From assembly GCA_037137395.1 (NCBI GenBank), contig JBAXKK010000059.1:1-16765 (forward strand): DNA of 16,765 nucleotides, read 5' to 3'. The DNA comes from Elusimicrobiota bacterium. GTDB lineage: Bacteria > Elusimicrobiota > Elusimicrobia > Elusimicrobiales > UBA9959. Both the position numbers and the translations under genes were made by a program. The notes under the pieces are model-generated. The model saw nothing but the letters and a program-made list of their open reading frames with translations, was not told where the DNA came from and made no database searches. Positions 16,253-16,765 of the stretch are shown here, piece after piece (within the stretch, counting starts at the first letter, position 1; the number at the start of each line of letters is the position of its first letter).

Positions 16253-16765
16253 CCCTTGAAGAAAAGATTCATGAATACTCGGCTCCCGCTGAACTTTTCG
16301 AGCGCCTAAATGATAATAGCGCGCGTTGCCTCGCCTGCGCCCATAAATGCGTGATTCCTTCCGGCGGAGCGGGAATATGCAGGGTTCGGTTTAATAGCGG
16401 AGGCGTGTTAAAAGTTCCGTGGGGGTACATCTCAGGCTATGGGCTCGACCCCATCGAGAAGAAACCTTTTTTTCACGCTTTGCCGGGCGCTTTAACCTTC
16501 TCTTTCGGAATGCTAGGCTGTAATTTTAAATGTTCCTTCTGCCAGAACTATCTTACCTCACAGGCTCTCAGGGATCCCGCCTGTTCCTCCGGGGAGATAC
16601 AGCCGGCGGCGCCTGAGAAGCTGGCGGAGGCAGCGCGCGAGGCCGGGGCATCTTTCGCCGTCTCCACATATAACGAACCTCTCATAACCGCCGAATGGAG
16701 CGTGGCGGTCTTCAAAGAAGCCAGGAAATATGGAATACGGGGGGCATACGTTTCTAACGGCTACG
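16249..16765 (+). CDS. amrS: AmmeMemoRadiSam system radical SAM enzyme, 5' part (runs off the window edge)
   Basis: Not in the ORF track. ATG at 16249 overlaps the kinase stop (ATGA). Translation has CLACAHKC..GICRVRFN, DPIEKKPFFH, GCNFKCSFCQN (CxxxCxxC from 16519), TYNEP and VSNGY. Confidence 0.92.
   Translation, partial: MTLEEKIHEYSAPAELFERLNDNSARCLACAHKCVIPSGGAGICRVRFNSGGVLKVPWGYISGYGLDPIEKKPFFHALPGALTFSFGMLGCNFKCSFCQNYLTSQALRDPACSSGEIQPAAPEKLAEAAREAGASFAVSTYNEPLITAEWSVAVFKEARKYGIRGAYVSNGY

Overview
Bacterial chromosomal window, tentatively Elusimicrobiota-like (inference from gene content, not verified). The left half is a conserved minus-strand operon: yebC-ruvC-ruvA-ruvB-spoIID/lytB-queA-tgt-yajC-secD (secD truncated by the window edge). 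It diverges from a tRNA-Arg(TCG). The 3' end of this tRNA is duplicated 159 bp downstream, around a small, gene-less, highly structured element with three tandem G.A motifs. The right half is envelope-related: a 1167-aa secreted M4/M36-like metallopeptidase with a CUB-like insert and a FlgD-Ig/T9SS-CTD-like tail, a PorV/PorQ-like outer-membrane barrel, two lipoproteins (LPP20-like and FlgT-N-like) behind a strong sigma70 promoter, a FecR-domain protein, a DAGK-family kinase and a truncated AmmeMemoRadiSam radical SAM gene. Several intergenic gaps, and one signal-peptide coding region, hold degenerate 7- or 8-mer tandem repeats, often as inverted pairs, in at least four motif families. Most notable: the tRNA-linked structured mini-element, the dispersed short-repeat hairpin families, the CTD-cargo plus PorV-like pair, and a RuvA lacking the acidic pin.
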